Origin: Tubiluchus corallicola
Taxonomy: Eukaryota > Animalia > Priapulida
DNA length: 64,000 nucleotides
Assembly (NCBI GenBank): GCA_030141605.1
Contig: JAQGDQ010000436.1
Location: forward strand, 1 to 64,000
Direction: 5' to 3'
Below are positions 40,201 to 55,200 of the stretch, one piece after another. How positions within the stretch are numbered: position 1 is the stretch's first letter; each line of letters starts with the position of its first letter. Position numbers and translations under genes: made by a program. The notes beneath the pieces were generated by a model. That model was not told where the DNA came from. It saw only the letters and a list, made by a program, of their open reading frames with translations, and did no database searches.

Positions 40201-43200
40201 TCAGTGAAGTGTTTTGTTAGATTTCAAACATATGTTTTCAATTTTTCCACTGACAGCATGTTGTGGATTTTCCCCGGGTTTTACGCTAGCCGCTCTTAGA
40301 ATGCTGTATTATTGTGACAGTGAAAATGGGAATGGAAATAATGATGAACAAGATTAGCAAACACCACTACTGTACAGGGATTATAGCAAAGAACTGCATA
40401 TAGAATGTCATTTTGGCTTTTTAAAAGTTGTCAACTTAAGAAAAAACAGATTAGTGTGTTAGACAAGAACACAAATTGCCATTTAATTAGAAAACTACTG
40501 GCAAAATCTTGTGATAGCCGAAGCCAACCATCGCTAAAAGAGTTGTCGTCGAGCAAATGAATTACACAACTAAAACAACGGCAATCGAAGCCAGGTACAA
40601 CGACAATCGAAGCTGGATACAATGGCAATCGAAGCCAGATTAGCAGAAGGTTGTTTGTCTTTTCGTACAAAAAAACAAACGAACATTCACAGTCTGCAAG
40701 GTGAAAGCAAAACAACTTACCAGCTGTTCTAAACCTTGCATGTAAGTCTGTCAAACAAACATGCATAACGAGGTTAGTGTCTATAGAAAAACTACAGAAA
40801 AACGCTCAAAAACACTCATCATAATTACCAGAAATTGTATTTACTTGACGTAAAAAAAGCTTAGTAGCGCTGGATAAGAAAGCAGCAAAGCATAGCTCAT
40901 TGGAGAAAGTCCATAAAATCTACCACACAGTATTATACCATAAAGTGAGAAAGTGTTACATAAACAGATTTCTACAATTTTACAGAACGTACTCGTGAAA
41001 ATTACCCGTGAAAACAATTAAGAGAAATAATTGGAAACAGCACAAAAAGTATAGTAATTCTAGTGCAAAAAATTTACAAAAGTACTTACGAAAGCATCGT
41101 CGGCATGTTCATCTTCTACATACTCAAATACCTGAAGAGTTATTAAATTAAAGTTTATTTCTTACATCAAAATTTAAAAAACGATTGTCTTGAAATTCTC
41201 TCTAATTAACATAACAAAGATAACAGGTGATTATGTAGTTCATTTCAGTACGCTCACTCCTTTACTATTAACAACAGCGAAATGATAGTTCATACGTGTG
41301 ACAGTTCAAGAAATGGTCTCGTTCTGCTCTGACGACAGGAAATTTGAGCAAGCTGTTGTTTTTAGTTATGAACCAACTCCAGATAGGTGATAATCAAAGA
41401 TAATTCTTCAAGATGAAACATAGGCGATTTTTAGTCCTTTCGAAGATCAGGATCGCACCTCACAAGAAATGGAAAACAAAACTGCACAGGTGGAGTTTTC
41501 TCAATCATTAATTAACTAACCTCGACATTTCTTAACTGTGCAGCCAAACATACGCCATTATAATATATCATGATAACATAACATGTTATCATATAACATG
41601 AAGACTGACGTCTGTTTTGCAGACACCCAACCAAGAAATAATCAAAGGTGGACATGCTTAACTTTGAAAACCAATTCTAAATTAAACTCCAAACTTGTGT
41701 TACATTGTGTGAACTTATAATGGAAATACATGTGGTCAGATGTTTGAGGTAAAAGTAGAAAAAACACTTTGTAGGTATGTGTGATTCAATTTGGCAGACT
41801 CTAGAACAGTGGTTCCCAACCTTCTGCTGACGACGACCCCTTTCCAGAGCCCTGCATCATATCTCGAACCCACGAAGAACATAATCACATGTTATACTAT
41901 TATACATCATTACCTTTCACATTTATTAATTTTAACTTACTACTGTATTCAGCAAATTATTGAACAATGAGTGATTGTTTCATTAATTCATTAATGTGAT
42001 GGTTGCACCTGTTTCCCAGCAACCAGTATTGCAAGGAGATCCGGGGATAAAATGAATAGCGACACGCCTTCAGGCAGTGTACACTGTACAGAACAGCACG
42101 CATTTTCATTTTCCCGGAAAATCAAGCACCGGTAAACCGCATTTAGAGCGGGAAAAACCCTGTTTGACTTTCTAGAAAAAATGATGTAATGAGAGACTGA
42201 GGAAACAAGACCTACTTACATACTTTTCGTGAAAAGAGCATTTCTTAAAAAAGTTTTTGGACTAGCCCACGGACCCACGGGGGTCGCGACCTTAAGGTTG
42301 GGGAAACCATGCTCTAGAAAAAAAGCTGCTGATACAAACAACTGAAAGTGGAAGTCAGCAGTAAGTATGTAGAGTCCTACTGCAGCTGAGACAAATATGA
42401 ACGATTTCAACTTACCATAACACAGTAATCTCTTGACATTGAATCAACGCTGATGCTGACTAGATCGTGTAAAATTGCACTTCCCAGAGTTCGTACAAAA
42501 CCCGTCTGCAGTTCTTCGTGACACATGAGCACTCTGTCTCTGGTCATGACTAATGCACACGGCACTATGCACTGAGGTTCTTCCTCTGTTACCTAAAATA
42601 ATTTGGTGCTTCGCCATCAAGTGTTTGTGAAGAAATATTGTTGTTGCAAGATGTGTTATTCACACTTATAAACAGCATTTTCAGTAATTAGTTATCTCAT
42701 TAAAATTACACTTTTTAAAAATCACTTTATAAAATACGCTTAGTCTACACGAAACTACTTACAGCACACAGTACTTACATTAGCAAATATTTCAATTTTC
42801 ACATTTTCTTATAGTGTAATATAAAATAATACTATAATATAGTATATGACATAATATAATTGCTTTGGGCTGCCCTGGTTTGATTCATTGGCTTAATAAA
42901 AGAAAAATTTTAAGGACAGATGGGAATGTTACAAAAACTACATTAATCGAGCACCAGTACTTATGGTCGACTGACTACAAGCATCATATTACCACAGAGC
43001 ATAGGCCACAATTTTCCACAAATTTAATTCAGGGAGTTGCTCTCGATGTTCAATTTCAATAAATAAGTTTTTCATCGACAAATGAGGCACCTCAATAATA
43101 AACATGGAAAAGAAGGAGGAGGAGAAAAAGAAGAACAATACATTCACGGACCATTCAAGCAACCAAAATGAAACTTACCCCCTGTGAGACAATCTGTAGG

Positions 43201-46200
43201 AAAGCATACATCCAATCAGCTGCTTCGTGTTCGTTTGAACCGGCTAGTGTGAGTGCTGAACCATCCGATGTAATAAGCTCAAACGTGTTTGGAACATCAC
43301 TGCTAGGACAACGACGACAACCGCCCATTTCTGGACCACTAAAATATTAACACAATATTACACTGAATGCATTGAGGAAGAGGTAAAGTGCAGACTATAA
43401 TGGTTGTTAGCCTCTTTGCAGTTTCCTGGTGTTAAGTACCGCTTACACAGGGTTGATGTTCAGATGGTACAATATGTAGGAGGATTATGAGCTCATTCAA
43501 GGACCAATCAACACCTATTCGTTCAACAAACTCCACTAGAGGCATTTCAGTTCTGCTTTGTAATTGAAAAGCTAATCTTCCATTAAAGAGAAGAAATAGG
43601 TTTTTCCTTTGTTTGCTGCATGGCTAAACAAGTAAAATAGTAGTGAAAAAATACAAAAATCGCATAACAATTAATTGAACACAATTAATGTTAATACATA
43701 ATGTTTAGTTAATGTTTGATACAGTACTTTTAAACAGTGATAAAACGATAAATTATCATTTTACTTTATAATGTAGTGCGAGTATCGGAAATGACACTTT
43801 CCATGAAAAAGTGCAAAAAGCTAAGAAAGCCGTGCTAAACTAATTTTGAAAGAACTGAAGACACCTCTTAGAAACTAGACTTGAAACAAATTATAAACCA
43901 GTACAATAAACAAGTACACTGGTGTTCAACAATTTAGATTATCCTTGATAATGATTTATACTCCAGTTCTGCTACCACTAAATACATCAAGTAGCTCATG
44001 GCATATTTTAAGTCCCTTATTCACTAAAAGTACCACTCAGAAACACCATAGCTGTGAAGATGATCTATAAAGTTTTAAAATGTCATTCAAATCAGTGCTC
44101 CAGGTTCTCATAGGGTGCTTGGTTTGACAAAATAACATCATAAAAACAGCAACTACGATCACGTACAGACGTATTTGCTATCACGCTTACAAAACATACC
44201 TAATTTGTAGGCAGAGGCTTGGAACCTTGTCAAACTGTTCCTGGTACTGGTACAGCCAGCCATTTCTGAAAAAATAATAAAATTGATAAAATGTTCAAAC
44301 GTAATGAAAAAATCTATTAATAGATCGCTGAAAGAAATGAAGCAATTATTATGGTAAGAAAAGTTTATCACACTGCAAAATCTCGGGTTATTGTTCAAAT
44401 TCCTTTAATACAAATCAGCAATCATATGATTTTTTTACTTTTTCCAAGAAATCTTACTTAAGAACGAAGAAGCTGCTCTTCCAAATGGGCCCAGTGAATA
44501 TGTCGGACTTATCCAGGTGCATCAACATGCCTTCCCTATCAGTGCTCACATTGTGTGTACCTAAAGTGGCATCCAAGTCTTCCCAATGTGTCAGGGAGTA
44601 GAAGCGCAAGTCTACGTTATGCATCTGCAAGAGAAACATTAGGCCTTTAGCATGAAATCTGAGTTTGACTAGACTAAAGCTGGGGTCACATTTATTCTCA
44701 AGTTTTTTAAATATACAAATTTTCTAAACACTATGAGGTATAAGTGTTGTTGAATAAATATTTTGAATTTTTGAAAAAAATGAAATGTTTTGTTAAAAAA
44801 CGTCTCGAAAGCTCATTTCAGGTGCATCAAAATCTGCCATATCACCACGTCACTCACCCACAAACATAAAATTTGAATAACTTACTATATTCTTCTTGCC
44901 AGGTTTTTCAAGATTTGTTGGCAACCGCATGCTGTTTAAGATTTTCATATGTGGTGGTGTTACTGGGCACAAATTATTGCAAATGCATTTCAAAACAATA
45001 GCCAAATTGCAGTATGTTTAAAGATATAGCAAGAAACAAATATAACAGCTGTATGTATAAAACAAAATTTAATTAAGTAAGGGACAAATTACTGACTAAG
45101 TTTAGGATTGACTTTGAGTTCTAGAAATAGGTGTTACGCAACATTATTAGGAAATTTGAGCGTAATACCGATTAGCACAAATGACTAAATGTAACGACAT
45201 TCCATCGGTGGTTAAATTTGCTGGATGTTCAGCTTACGTAGCACGCAAAATGAACAAACTCGACACACAAACTTATCAGCGACAGTTTCCATTGCGCATT
45301 AAACAAAAACACGAAACATATGGAAATTACTGCTATCCACTTTGCAAATAAATCATTTACTTCACAGCAGGTTTCTTTGGCAATCCACTTTCGTAGCGCC
45401 ACTTTCTGCATTGTTGCATCAGTGAGCACGTTGGGAAGAACGTGGGTGTAGGGACTGCGACGAATAGCGATCTCTATGCTCGACACTATACTCCTGTAAG
45501 CAAACAAAATACGTCAAGATGAAAAGCATTTATTTGAAGTACAAACAACATACCTTCATGGTTACACAGATTTGTTGTTATTGGATGGATAGGTTTCCAT
45601 GTGGAACATAATTTTGCACATTAGCAAAATATATAAAACTAATTCACACACGAAATTTCAGACAATTATAATATGTATTCTAACAGTTTTGAGTCCGCAA
45701 ACAAAACTCTGTTTTATCACTTTAGCTTAACTGGGCTTTATCATCGACTTTTATATGCTGATTCAAAACATTTATGTTCTCAAAACAGCTCAGTTCCCTC
45801 TAAGACTTTTTTATATAATTCTGCACACTGCAAGCCAGAGTCAACCACTCAACAGCAGGCTAATGTTGATGCTTGTAGCAGGACGGGGATCCGACTCATC
45901 AAGGATATGCCTCTAAGATAAAACTCTAAATTATCAGAAGTGTCTTAGCCACATTCGGATGTGAATTCATCTTCATTTAAGAAGTAAAAAGTGAGAATCA
46001 CTTTTGTAAATGAAACTTCTGTAAACAGGTATTGAACCCAGTGATCACCCACGCATTCAATGAACAGAGTCGGCAGCAAGCTCAACTTTGGTCATCATGC
46101 TAAAGCCAACACAACTGGGACATTTATTTGAGTTCCATTAGGGGCTGTTACGTATTTCATAAGTTTTCTGTTTAATGAAAATTCATGCACATAATGCAAG

Positions 46201-49200
46201 TTTCAGAATTCGGGTGCAAATTTACCAATCTCAAAATGACAAACGATTCGTTACCTTGTTAAGTTTTCATCACCCGTACAGATCCAGAATTGCCGGCGTT
46301 TATTATGACAAACAAGATTAATTGTCTGATAATTTATGCTCAGCTGCAAGAAATGAAACCAATACGTTACTACAGAAAGCCATTCCCTCATATTTCACAG
46401 GATCATATCATAAAGTCTTGCAAATTTCTGAGCTTCTGGTTTGTAAATCTTTGTCACATAAACAAATGTAGGATAAAATTACCAAAACTCATGCTGGCTG
46501 TGGCTAATGATAATCACTTATAACTTACTCGAAGCTCAATGCATTAATTTAATAACCTGGACATGGTCAATGTACAAAGAAGTAATTTTGTTTATGTTAT
46601 GGTATGCCAGAACAAGTCTCTTTACAAATCTGATTTTCTCATTCACCAAAACAAACAAAAAAACTTGAAAACTTGAAACTGTCACTTCTTTCAAGAACTT
46701 ACAACTTGCTAGCCAAATATAATTATGTGTAGAATGTTTGTCAGCAGAGTTTCAGTGAAAATGCAATACAAAACACTGACAATGCTACACAAAATACTGA
46801 AAATGCTACACAAAACACTGACAATGCCATACAAAACACTGACAATGCTACACAAAATACTGACAATGCTACACAAAACACTGACAATGCCATACAAAAC
46901 ACTGACAATGCTACACAAAACACTGACAATGCCATACAAAATACTGACAATGCTACACAAAACACTGACAATGCCATACAAAACACTGACAATGCCATAC
47001 AAAACACTGACAATGCTACACAAAACACTGACAATGCTATACAAAATACTGACAATGCTATAAAAAATACTGACAATGCCATACAAAATACTGACAATGC
47101 AATACAAAATACTGACAATGCTATACAATATAGTGACAATGCCATACAAAACACTGACAATGCTATACAAAGCACTGAGAATGCTATACAAAGCACTGAC
47201 AATGCTATACAAAATGCTGATAATACAATGCAATTTGCTGACAATGCCACTACTTCTTGCTAGTGAAGATGTTACTGACAATTTCTGTCCATGGAAGTTC
47301 TAAGCATTCCTCTAAGCAGTGAACCTTTGTTTATAACAAACTAAGGAGGAGTGGCACATTAGTTTACTATGTCAGTTGTAATACTGAAGATTTACTATAG
47401 TCTACTACAACAGAGTACAATGCTACTTCACTGACATGTGCTACATCAAAATACAAGCTTAGCCAATAGTTTTTCCTGGGCTTCCTTCTCAAACTGTGCA
47501 CTTTTTCTGTGGCAAGACCGGAATGTAGCTCATTATCAAAGCTAATTGTTTAAGAAGGGGACACAGAACTGCATGCATATCAGATGCATATATAATTAAA
47601 CTTTGGTGAGGTGAACAGCCAGAATCAGTATGGCAATGAAACCACCTAAAGCTAGTACTGAGCTCGGCAGTCACTCGTCCATTCATTGACCAGCCTTGAC
47701 AACTAGCCTTGCTTAACCTCAGTAGCTAAATGTACTGTATAACTTCTAGTTTGACTTTGTCCCAGTGTAAGCATATATGCATTACTTATCTAAAATATAA
47801 TTAAATGAACAATATAACATAAGAAAACAAGCCATTTAAATTCGTCAAACGCATCAGCAAAATGCAGTAGTACAACAAAGTGATACAAGTTCTTACCGAG
47901 ATGTAGTCCAGTTCCGTATAGCCCATACTGGCTTCCTTTCTGTATTTACCCGGCTCTAATCCATGCCGTAGAAAATACATGCAGCGATCAGTTAACATGA
48001 GAAAGATTGTTAGCACTTCTCCTTCCGTATGATTTGTAGACGCATGAAACATCTACAAGAAAAATAAAAACAAAATGAAATCATAAATTAATGTTCACAG
48101 CAATAACTTATTATTTAACAACAATATTCCTCAAGAAATAAATTTCATATAGAGGAAACAAATGCGGTGGAAATTCAAACCAGTTCTCCAGGTGAGGCCA
48201 GCAGCTCAAATGACAAAGCAACCCGCCATGTAGACAGGAGATTTTGCATTCGAATTCTGGCTGGCCCACAATTTTTCAGTGCCTCTTTCTTCGAGTGATT
48301 AGCCAATAGCTATTTGTTATAAGCGTGACGTCTTTTTTTAACACATGCTTATATATATATATATATATGTGTATGCATATATACGTTTATTTATATATAC
48401 ATGAATGGAAAAATAAATAGTCGTTGTTAAATTCTATCCTATAACATATTTTCACGTACACCTACCACTTGAGGATTCACAAAAAAGTATTGAAAATGAA
48501 TTATAACAGCTGATCTCAAGAGGAATCAGGGTTTCAGTAACAGTATGACCAATGCTCTACTAAAATACTTAAATGCCAAATTAGCCAAAATGCTGGCACC
48601 TGAAAAACAACAGAATATAGTTTTTTACCGAGTTCACAAAATGTTACTTGACTTTTTATCCAGAAGATGGCAGCACGGGCTCTGCTTTAATGCCTAGCCA
48701 ATGCAAGTATAATTGCCGTTCCTGCCACATAAACAATAGTGATATCAAACAGTTAATAATTAAGATTTACCTACCTTATAAAACTGTTCATTCTGATGTT
48801 CCGCCACGTCCAGCATGGTCAGCAAGAGGGTATTATTGTCCAGTTTTATTTCAGATTCATGGAGAACTCCGGGCCGTTGCGGCTTTTTGATGGCCGTTCT
48901 CTTGTTGGCCAAAACGGGTTGAACTACCGTAGACGTTTTCGTCAGAACGTGCAGGGAATCATTCTCGTAACTCGCCTGCGATTCCGCTTTCGATTCTAAA
49001 CCATCCCCTAATTCGACTATATCACTCGTATCCAACACCGGAACATCGTTCTGAATTTCACATGGATTTTTATTCACGTTATCACAGCTTCGATTTGAAA
49101 AATGCAGATCATACACAGACACTTCGTCATTTGCAAACACCGCCTTCTCTTCGCGAACAATGTCATCGGCATCGAGAGCATTCAACTTAGCTTCGGCATT

Positions 49201-52200
49201 GGCAATTTCTGTCGCAAGATCTAAACAATTTCCTGGCAGCTTATGCCCACTATCAACATCATTATTTTGCACTGCATTCACAAAAGTCTCGGGATCAGAC
49301 AAATAACATCTGACGTCATCTGACACCTTATTAGGCAAATTAAAACTGACTTTTAATGTCGGCGAAAAAAGATCTGAACCAGCCGGTTGTCGTTTTGACA
49401 GATTAGTGTTCTCTTTTTCTTCAGTAGAACTCCTTGTAGTTGACGATGTTTCTTGTTTCAAAGGTTTATGGCTACTACTGACAGAAGTTCCAGATTCGTG
49501 GTTTTCATGACCAATCTTTCTTTGTGGAAGTGCTTGTTTGCCAGACTTTGATAAGCCAATGTCCACTGGTCTCTTTCCAGATTTTTTCCCTTTATCTGTG
49601 AGCTTAGTCGGAGGAGTTCGCTTCCTGGTTGCTTTGCTGTTTCTTACCTTTAGTGTGGAAAAACAATTAAAATAGGACATCAGTAGTGAAGAAAACTTAA
49701 GCAATTAGGAAAATATTGTGTTTTGGTAAAACTTTATCTTAACATTTGCATTACGTAATTAGCTTAGATTGTATAGGGTACGGTCTGTCTCTGGTTGCCT
49801 AGTACTTTCTCAAAGATTCACATACACTGGTTTCAAGTCAAATTTTCTGAGCCATATCATTTCAACTGTCCAATAGCTTTTGTAACGATCAATTCATTAA
49901 GGCTGTGGACATACCAGTTCAACTTCTAGAAATGGCAAGCCAAAAATTCAGAGTCCTGCACCTAAATTCACTACTCACCCTAATGACTTCTAGACTTGCG
50001 TCGTCATTGTCGTAGCTTATTTGATCTAAACGCCGGATTCGATGATTGTCCAAAAGTTTATGTGTTTCACCAGTGTCTGTAACAGATGCATGAACAATGT
50101 GCGAAATGGAAACAATAGACGGTGTGAAAATAAAACAGTTAACAATCATCGCAGGCATTTTGTTTACAAATGGAACAACATTTGTAAGAGAAACCCTCTA
50201 GTCAACGTCAACCAACAAACTTTTGCTAGGAGAGTAAAACTCCATATCAGCTTTGCAACATTGAAAAGGTGATGCGCACTGAGCAAGTTGCAACAGAAGA
50301 GAATGATAATGAATGCATAGTTGAAAATGGATCCATCCTACGTTTATGGTTCTGGGAGATGACTTAGAACGAAAACTAAGTGCTTTAGTTAGCAAAAATA
50401 ATCACATCTGAGGCCGCGTTATAAGAAAATTTTATGTCAGATACAAGTCCAGGGGACGCACATCCTTGGACTTTGCCAAGCTGATCACCCAACTGGCTAT
50501 TAACATGTCATCTGGTGAAATCTCAGCACTTTAGTTAGTAAAAGTAATTACATTAGAGACCTTTGCCAACCTAAGCATCCAGTTGGTTGCTAACACTATA
50601 GAAAAAAAAACAATGAGAATTCAAATGATGCACAGATGTCGACCGATATACGAAATACCTTTTAGTTCCTTTGGTGATTGTCGCGGACTCTTGCTGTTCC
50701 CAGTAAGACTAGAATGTGTAGAGCTCTCCATTAGACTAGAGTAATCGCTGTCTGGTAGGTCCTTGCTAGAAACCCGAGACAGCTGCAACAGAAATCATTG
50801 CTGGTAACAGCAAGTAAATACATAATAAGCACTCATCATAAAGGACGTCGGTTCAAATCTAAACTAAGTCCTGATTTTTATATTTTCTTCTTTACAATTA
50901 TATTAAAGGTCAGTAAATTAATAATTATGGGGTTTATTCCAACAGAAAGCAACAATATTGCAAATAACATTAAAATAACTAATTAAGCATTTAATCAGTT
51001 TAAGAAAAATCAGAACTTACACTGCACTAGAAAATAACATAGTAACTAAAAAGTACAGAATGTGATATTTCGTTCTCATTTTTGGTTGTTCCAAGCTATG
51101 ATCAAGAACAAATTACTGAAAAAACATTTTTTGTATTATTATAATTATATAAAAATGAAGCTGAGTCGTGACGCTATCTTTCACAGCACCGATGGTGCCG
51201 ATTTCCTTATCAAACAGATATTCTGTTTTGCCAAAACTACGTAAACATGTTATTACTATACAATAATGAAGAGTATTATTAACAACAAACCAATTAGTCA
51301 AATTACCTTAATTAGTCATAACACTATAATTGATTATAGTTGTGTAACAGTTAAGCTAATCTATAAATGTGTGATTGCATAGCAAAATCATCCATAAGGC
51401 AATTAAGCTTTTCTAGTTATTCAAATGTCCTGAATTTCCATTTCATGAGGATCATTTTGGTACCAAGCTCATCGTGCCACGTTACTTCTAAGCCGAGATA
51501 ATCTACATTGAAATCGAGGTGCAGGCTATTCACTGAAAAACATAACCTTGAGAAAATCACTGTTAAAGTTAGCCATTGTTTTCTGTTGTGTTTCTACAAA
51601 ACACTTAGCAACCGTACGAAAGTGCAGTTGCTATGGACTTTATAAGAGCACATTGAAGTTTTGTTTAAATCCAGTAGATGGTGCTCTCTGATGAAGATCT
51701 GAGCTTGTCAACAGAAAAAAAACGAAGAAAAATAGATACTTCCACGATCCACTATCGGAGTTACAAAATACAAGTTTTTTTTTGCAATTGCAGTACTAGT
51801 TTTTATCCAGAAAAGTGGATAAGAGGTTATAAAAATAGATTTTTAGTACTTTTGAACTTTTTCTTGATAATTTGATGCTAGAATAAAAAAGTCCAATACA
51901 TTTAGCATTTGTTTTGATAAAAACAGAAAATCGACTTTTGACAAACTTTTTGGTGCATTCTACTTTGAGAGGCATCATAACGCAGTTTAAACTATGCCGA
52001 CTTATGGGCAGTTCTGGTTTGCAAACACACGTATAATGAGTTAAGGAAGGAAAAAGCTGAAACATAAGAACTTAGGACAGCTAGGTCATGTGGATTTATA
52101 GCTCTACTGGTTAAAGCATTACAAGTTGTAATCTCTGTCAAGTCATAACAGAATTTAAACTCTATTAATACTCAATTTTGTTACTACAGTGCAAGTTTTA

Positions 52201-55200
52201 AAGCAAAGTCAATTTTGTGGTGCACAGTACTACAGGTAACGAACAATACCTGAGATATTTCACTTTCCATGCTGCACAATGACACCGCATCTTCCACATC
52301 GCTCGCACAGCTGTTTGTGCGCTTTGTGCGAGGTACAGATACGTAACATGATGCTTGCAGATCTAGATATGGTACATCCTGTTAAAAAAAGAAAAACAAT
52401 TACAAAAGTTTTCAGATTTTATTTAAAAATCCTAAATTCTTCAAAGTGGAACTGCCATGCACTCTAAAAGAAGTAAAAATACTTGCATGATGTGACTAGT
52501 TATTTACTAATCACATTCTTTCTATAAAAATGTAGTTAGCTAGAGGATGTGGAGATAATGATGTAGGGGATATTGGCATTATTAATTTTATCAGAATTAA
52601 ACGCTTCCGTAGTGTGACGCCACCTGTCCGAAATTATTAAAATTAACTTAAACTAAGCAAGCAGGTAGGCAGTTAATACCTGATGTTTGGCTATCATGGA
52701 TCTGTAAAATATTTGTCGGAGAGAAATTACATATTAAACGTTAAAAGTCAATTTAAGCTACATATTGAAATTGTCTGAAGTTTTTATTTAATGCAGTTTA
52801 TAGACGAAACTCTTGTACAAAAAATATGCTCATCAAAAACTTGTAACACGGTTTAGCTTAATGTATCATGATTTGTAGCTCACGCAAATAAGTAATATAC
52901 AGAAAAATTCATTAGCTAAAGAACAAACAATTCATGGGTATCAAAGAAAAGTTTAATACCATTATTACTAACATATTACTCACATATTACTCACAATTAC
53001 GTTCTTTATCGTCACCACTATCATCACGATCACCACCATCATCATCTCGTCAACAAGATCATCACCATCACCACTTAGTCATTGCTTTCACGATCTTGAT
53101 CACCTCCATTTTTAATTAATAAACAAATCTAAGACTGCAACTTCAATGGATTTGTGCAAATATCTCAGATTACATACCAAATCAATGGAAAACATGATGA
53201 ATTCTAAGCCAGCAGCCAAGGTGAGCAGCACTTGTAGACACTGAACATCCAGCAGAAGCGCATGTTTGACATAAAACTGTCGGACTAACTTCTCGTTTTG
53301 CATGAAACAACGAACATAGCTTTCCAAATTATTCTCATTTAGTGCCAGATACAACCAGGCTCGTCCTACACAGAGAAAATGCAGATTATAAATGCTAGCA
53401 AAAACAAATACATAGATCTATTTTATTGTTGACGAACCAAAGTTTAAATGAGCTAAATAATTGCTTAGCAACCGGGAGATCTTAACTTCAACTTGTGTCT
53501 GGAAGAATTCACAGTTTTTACGCAGTCAAATGGTTTTTTTCTTTCAAACAATAGTCACTAAAATCTTTTAACTTGCACTTATGATATATTTACAAAGATA
53601 GTCAGCTAGTGTGTATTTAAAAACCAGTTTGATACTAAAACTCTGATTTAAGTAGAATTTATACATGTAAAACCTGAAAATACAATACTACACATCTGCA
53701 ACCATTTAAGCATGGTTCGAATATGAAAACCTATAGTGAAATTTCGGGTATTGCCGAACATTCAAATTTTGAAGTACGTTTCAAAGTCCCCTAGACACAA
53801 ATTAAACGATTAAACTTTTTTTGCAAGCATGTGACATAACATTACAATGAAGACAAAAATTAAATATGAGTTGAGGTAAGAGTAGGCTTTAATTTATAAG
53901 GATGCACCTAACAGACTGATGCAAAATTCAGTCAGTTTACTGCTGACCAAAAAGAGAGGTTTCCACAAAAGACTAGAATAATTCTGAGCAATGGAATAGT
54001 TTACTAAAGCTGTTTAAGAATAACTAATTTGCATTTTAAGTCTACACATGTGTTTAAAAAAAGAACTTAATCAATTTCACTAGCCATGCTGATAGAAAGT
54101 ATGAGCTGGCTAATAATTGTTAGACCGGTTAATCGATTTGGGTTTTGGGTTGTAATTATTGACTTTTTTCAGCTGCCATGTCAATTGTGTAATGGACACC
54201 AATTTCAAAAAGTTGCAGAAAACAGGTAAAACAGGATGTATAGCCATAAAATAACTAGCATGAAGAAATGCACCCATAAAATAAAGTAACAATCGATGAC
54301 GTAAAACAACTATTGAATAGGTTACGTATCCGATTGATTAATTAATGCAAAATAACTGATGCTGTCATTTATCAGCAATCATTTAAATGAAACCATTTGC
54401 TCTTTTTAATATACCTCGTCCAATGTCTGTCAGCACGCGTGGCAAACTTGAGATCATTTTAACGTCTTCCTTGTGAGTGAATTCCTTCACCATAGACCAG
54501 TATCCTCGGCTAACGTGACGTAATCTGAAACAGTAAAAGAAATTAAAGAAAGTGAGCAAGATATAACAACAGAACAGCTGCAAAAATTGCGGCAACAGTC
54601 GACAAAGGAAACATAGAGGTGGTCCTAGAAATTTTATGAAAGTCATATTATTATACAGCCTCATAAAATTTTGGTAGCTACGTATTTGTTGCAAGATGTG
54701 AAAAAACGGTACTTTCAAAGTCTAATACTTCTTGAATTATTTTTTACACATATGTCAAGTTATCTTACAATTCATAGTATTATTTTGTTACACATATGTC
54801 AAGCTATCTTACAATTCATAGTACTATTTTCTTACATATATGTCAAGCTATCTTACAGTTCATAGTATTATTTTCTTACACATATGTCAAGCTATCTTAC
54901 AATTCATAGATTTAATGTACGCGGCACACAATAATATATACAGCTTATGCACAATTTACAATCAGTTATCAGTAAAAAGAAAGAAGCCTCCCATCAAGAC
55001 ATAATAACAGTCTTGCATCTTTCCTATTCACTGTTTTTACTGGCACAGAAATCGCTGAGTTGTAAACAGTTAGAACTGTGAAATGGCATCTCCTAGTAGC
55101 TACACACCTCCCTTCAACTTCTCTGATTTGCTTACTGTTGTCTAGGATTACATACTAAAACTACGTGCTGATATTTTGTTTCCAAATAATCACACTGGGT

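Noticed and set aside
46709-47303. Long heptad ORFs (190, 169, 112 and 75 aa) resembling membrane or coiled-coil proteins
   Set aside because: They are by-products of a 21-bp minisatellite that is open in several frames on both strands, inside a PLEKHM2 intron.
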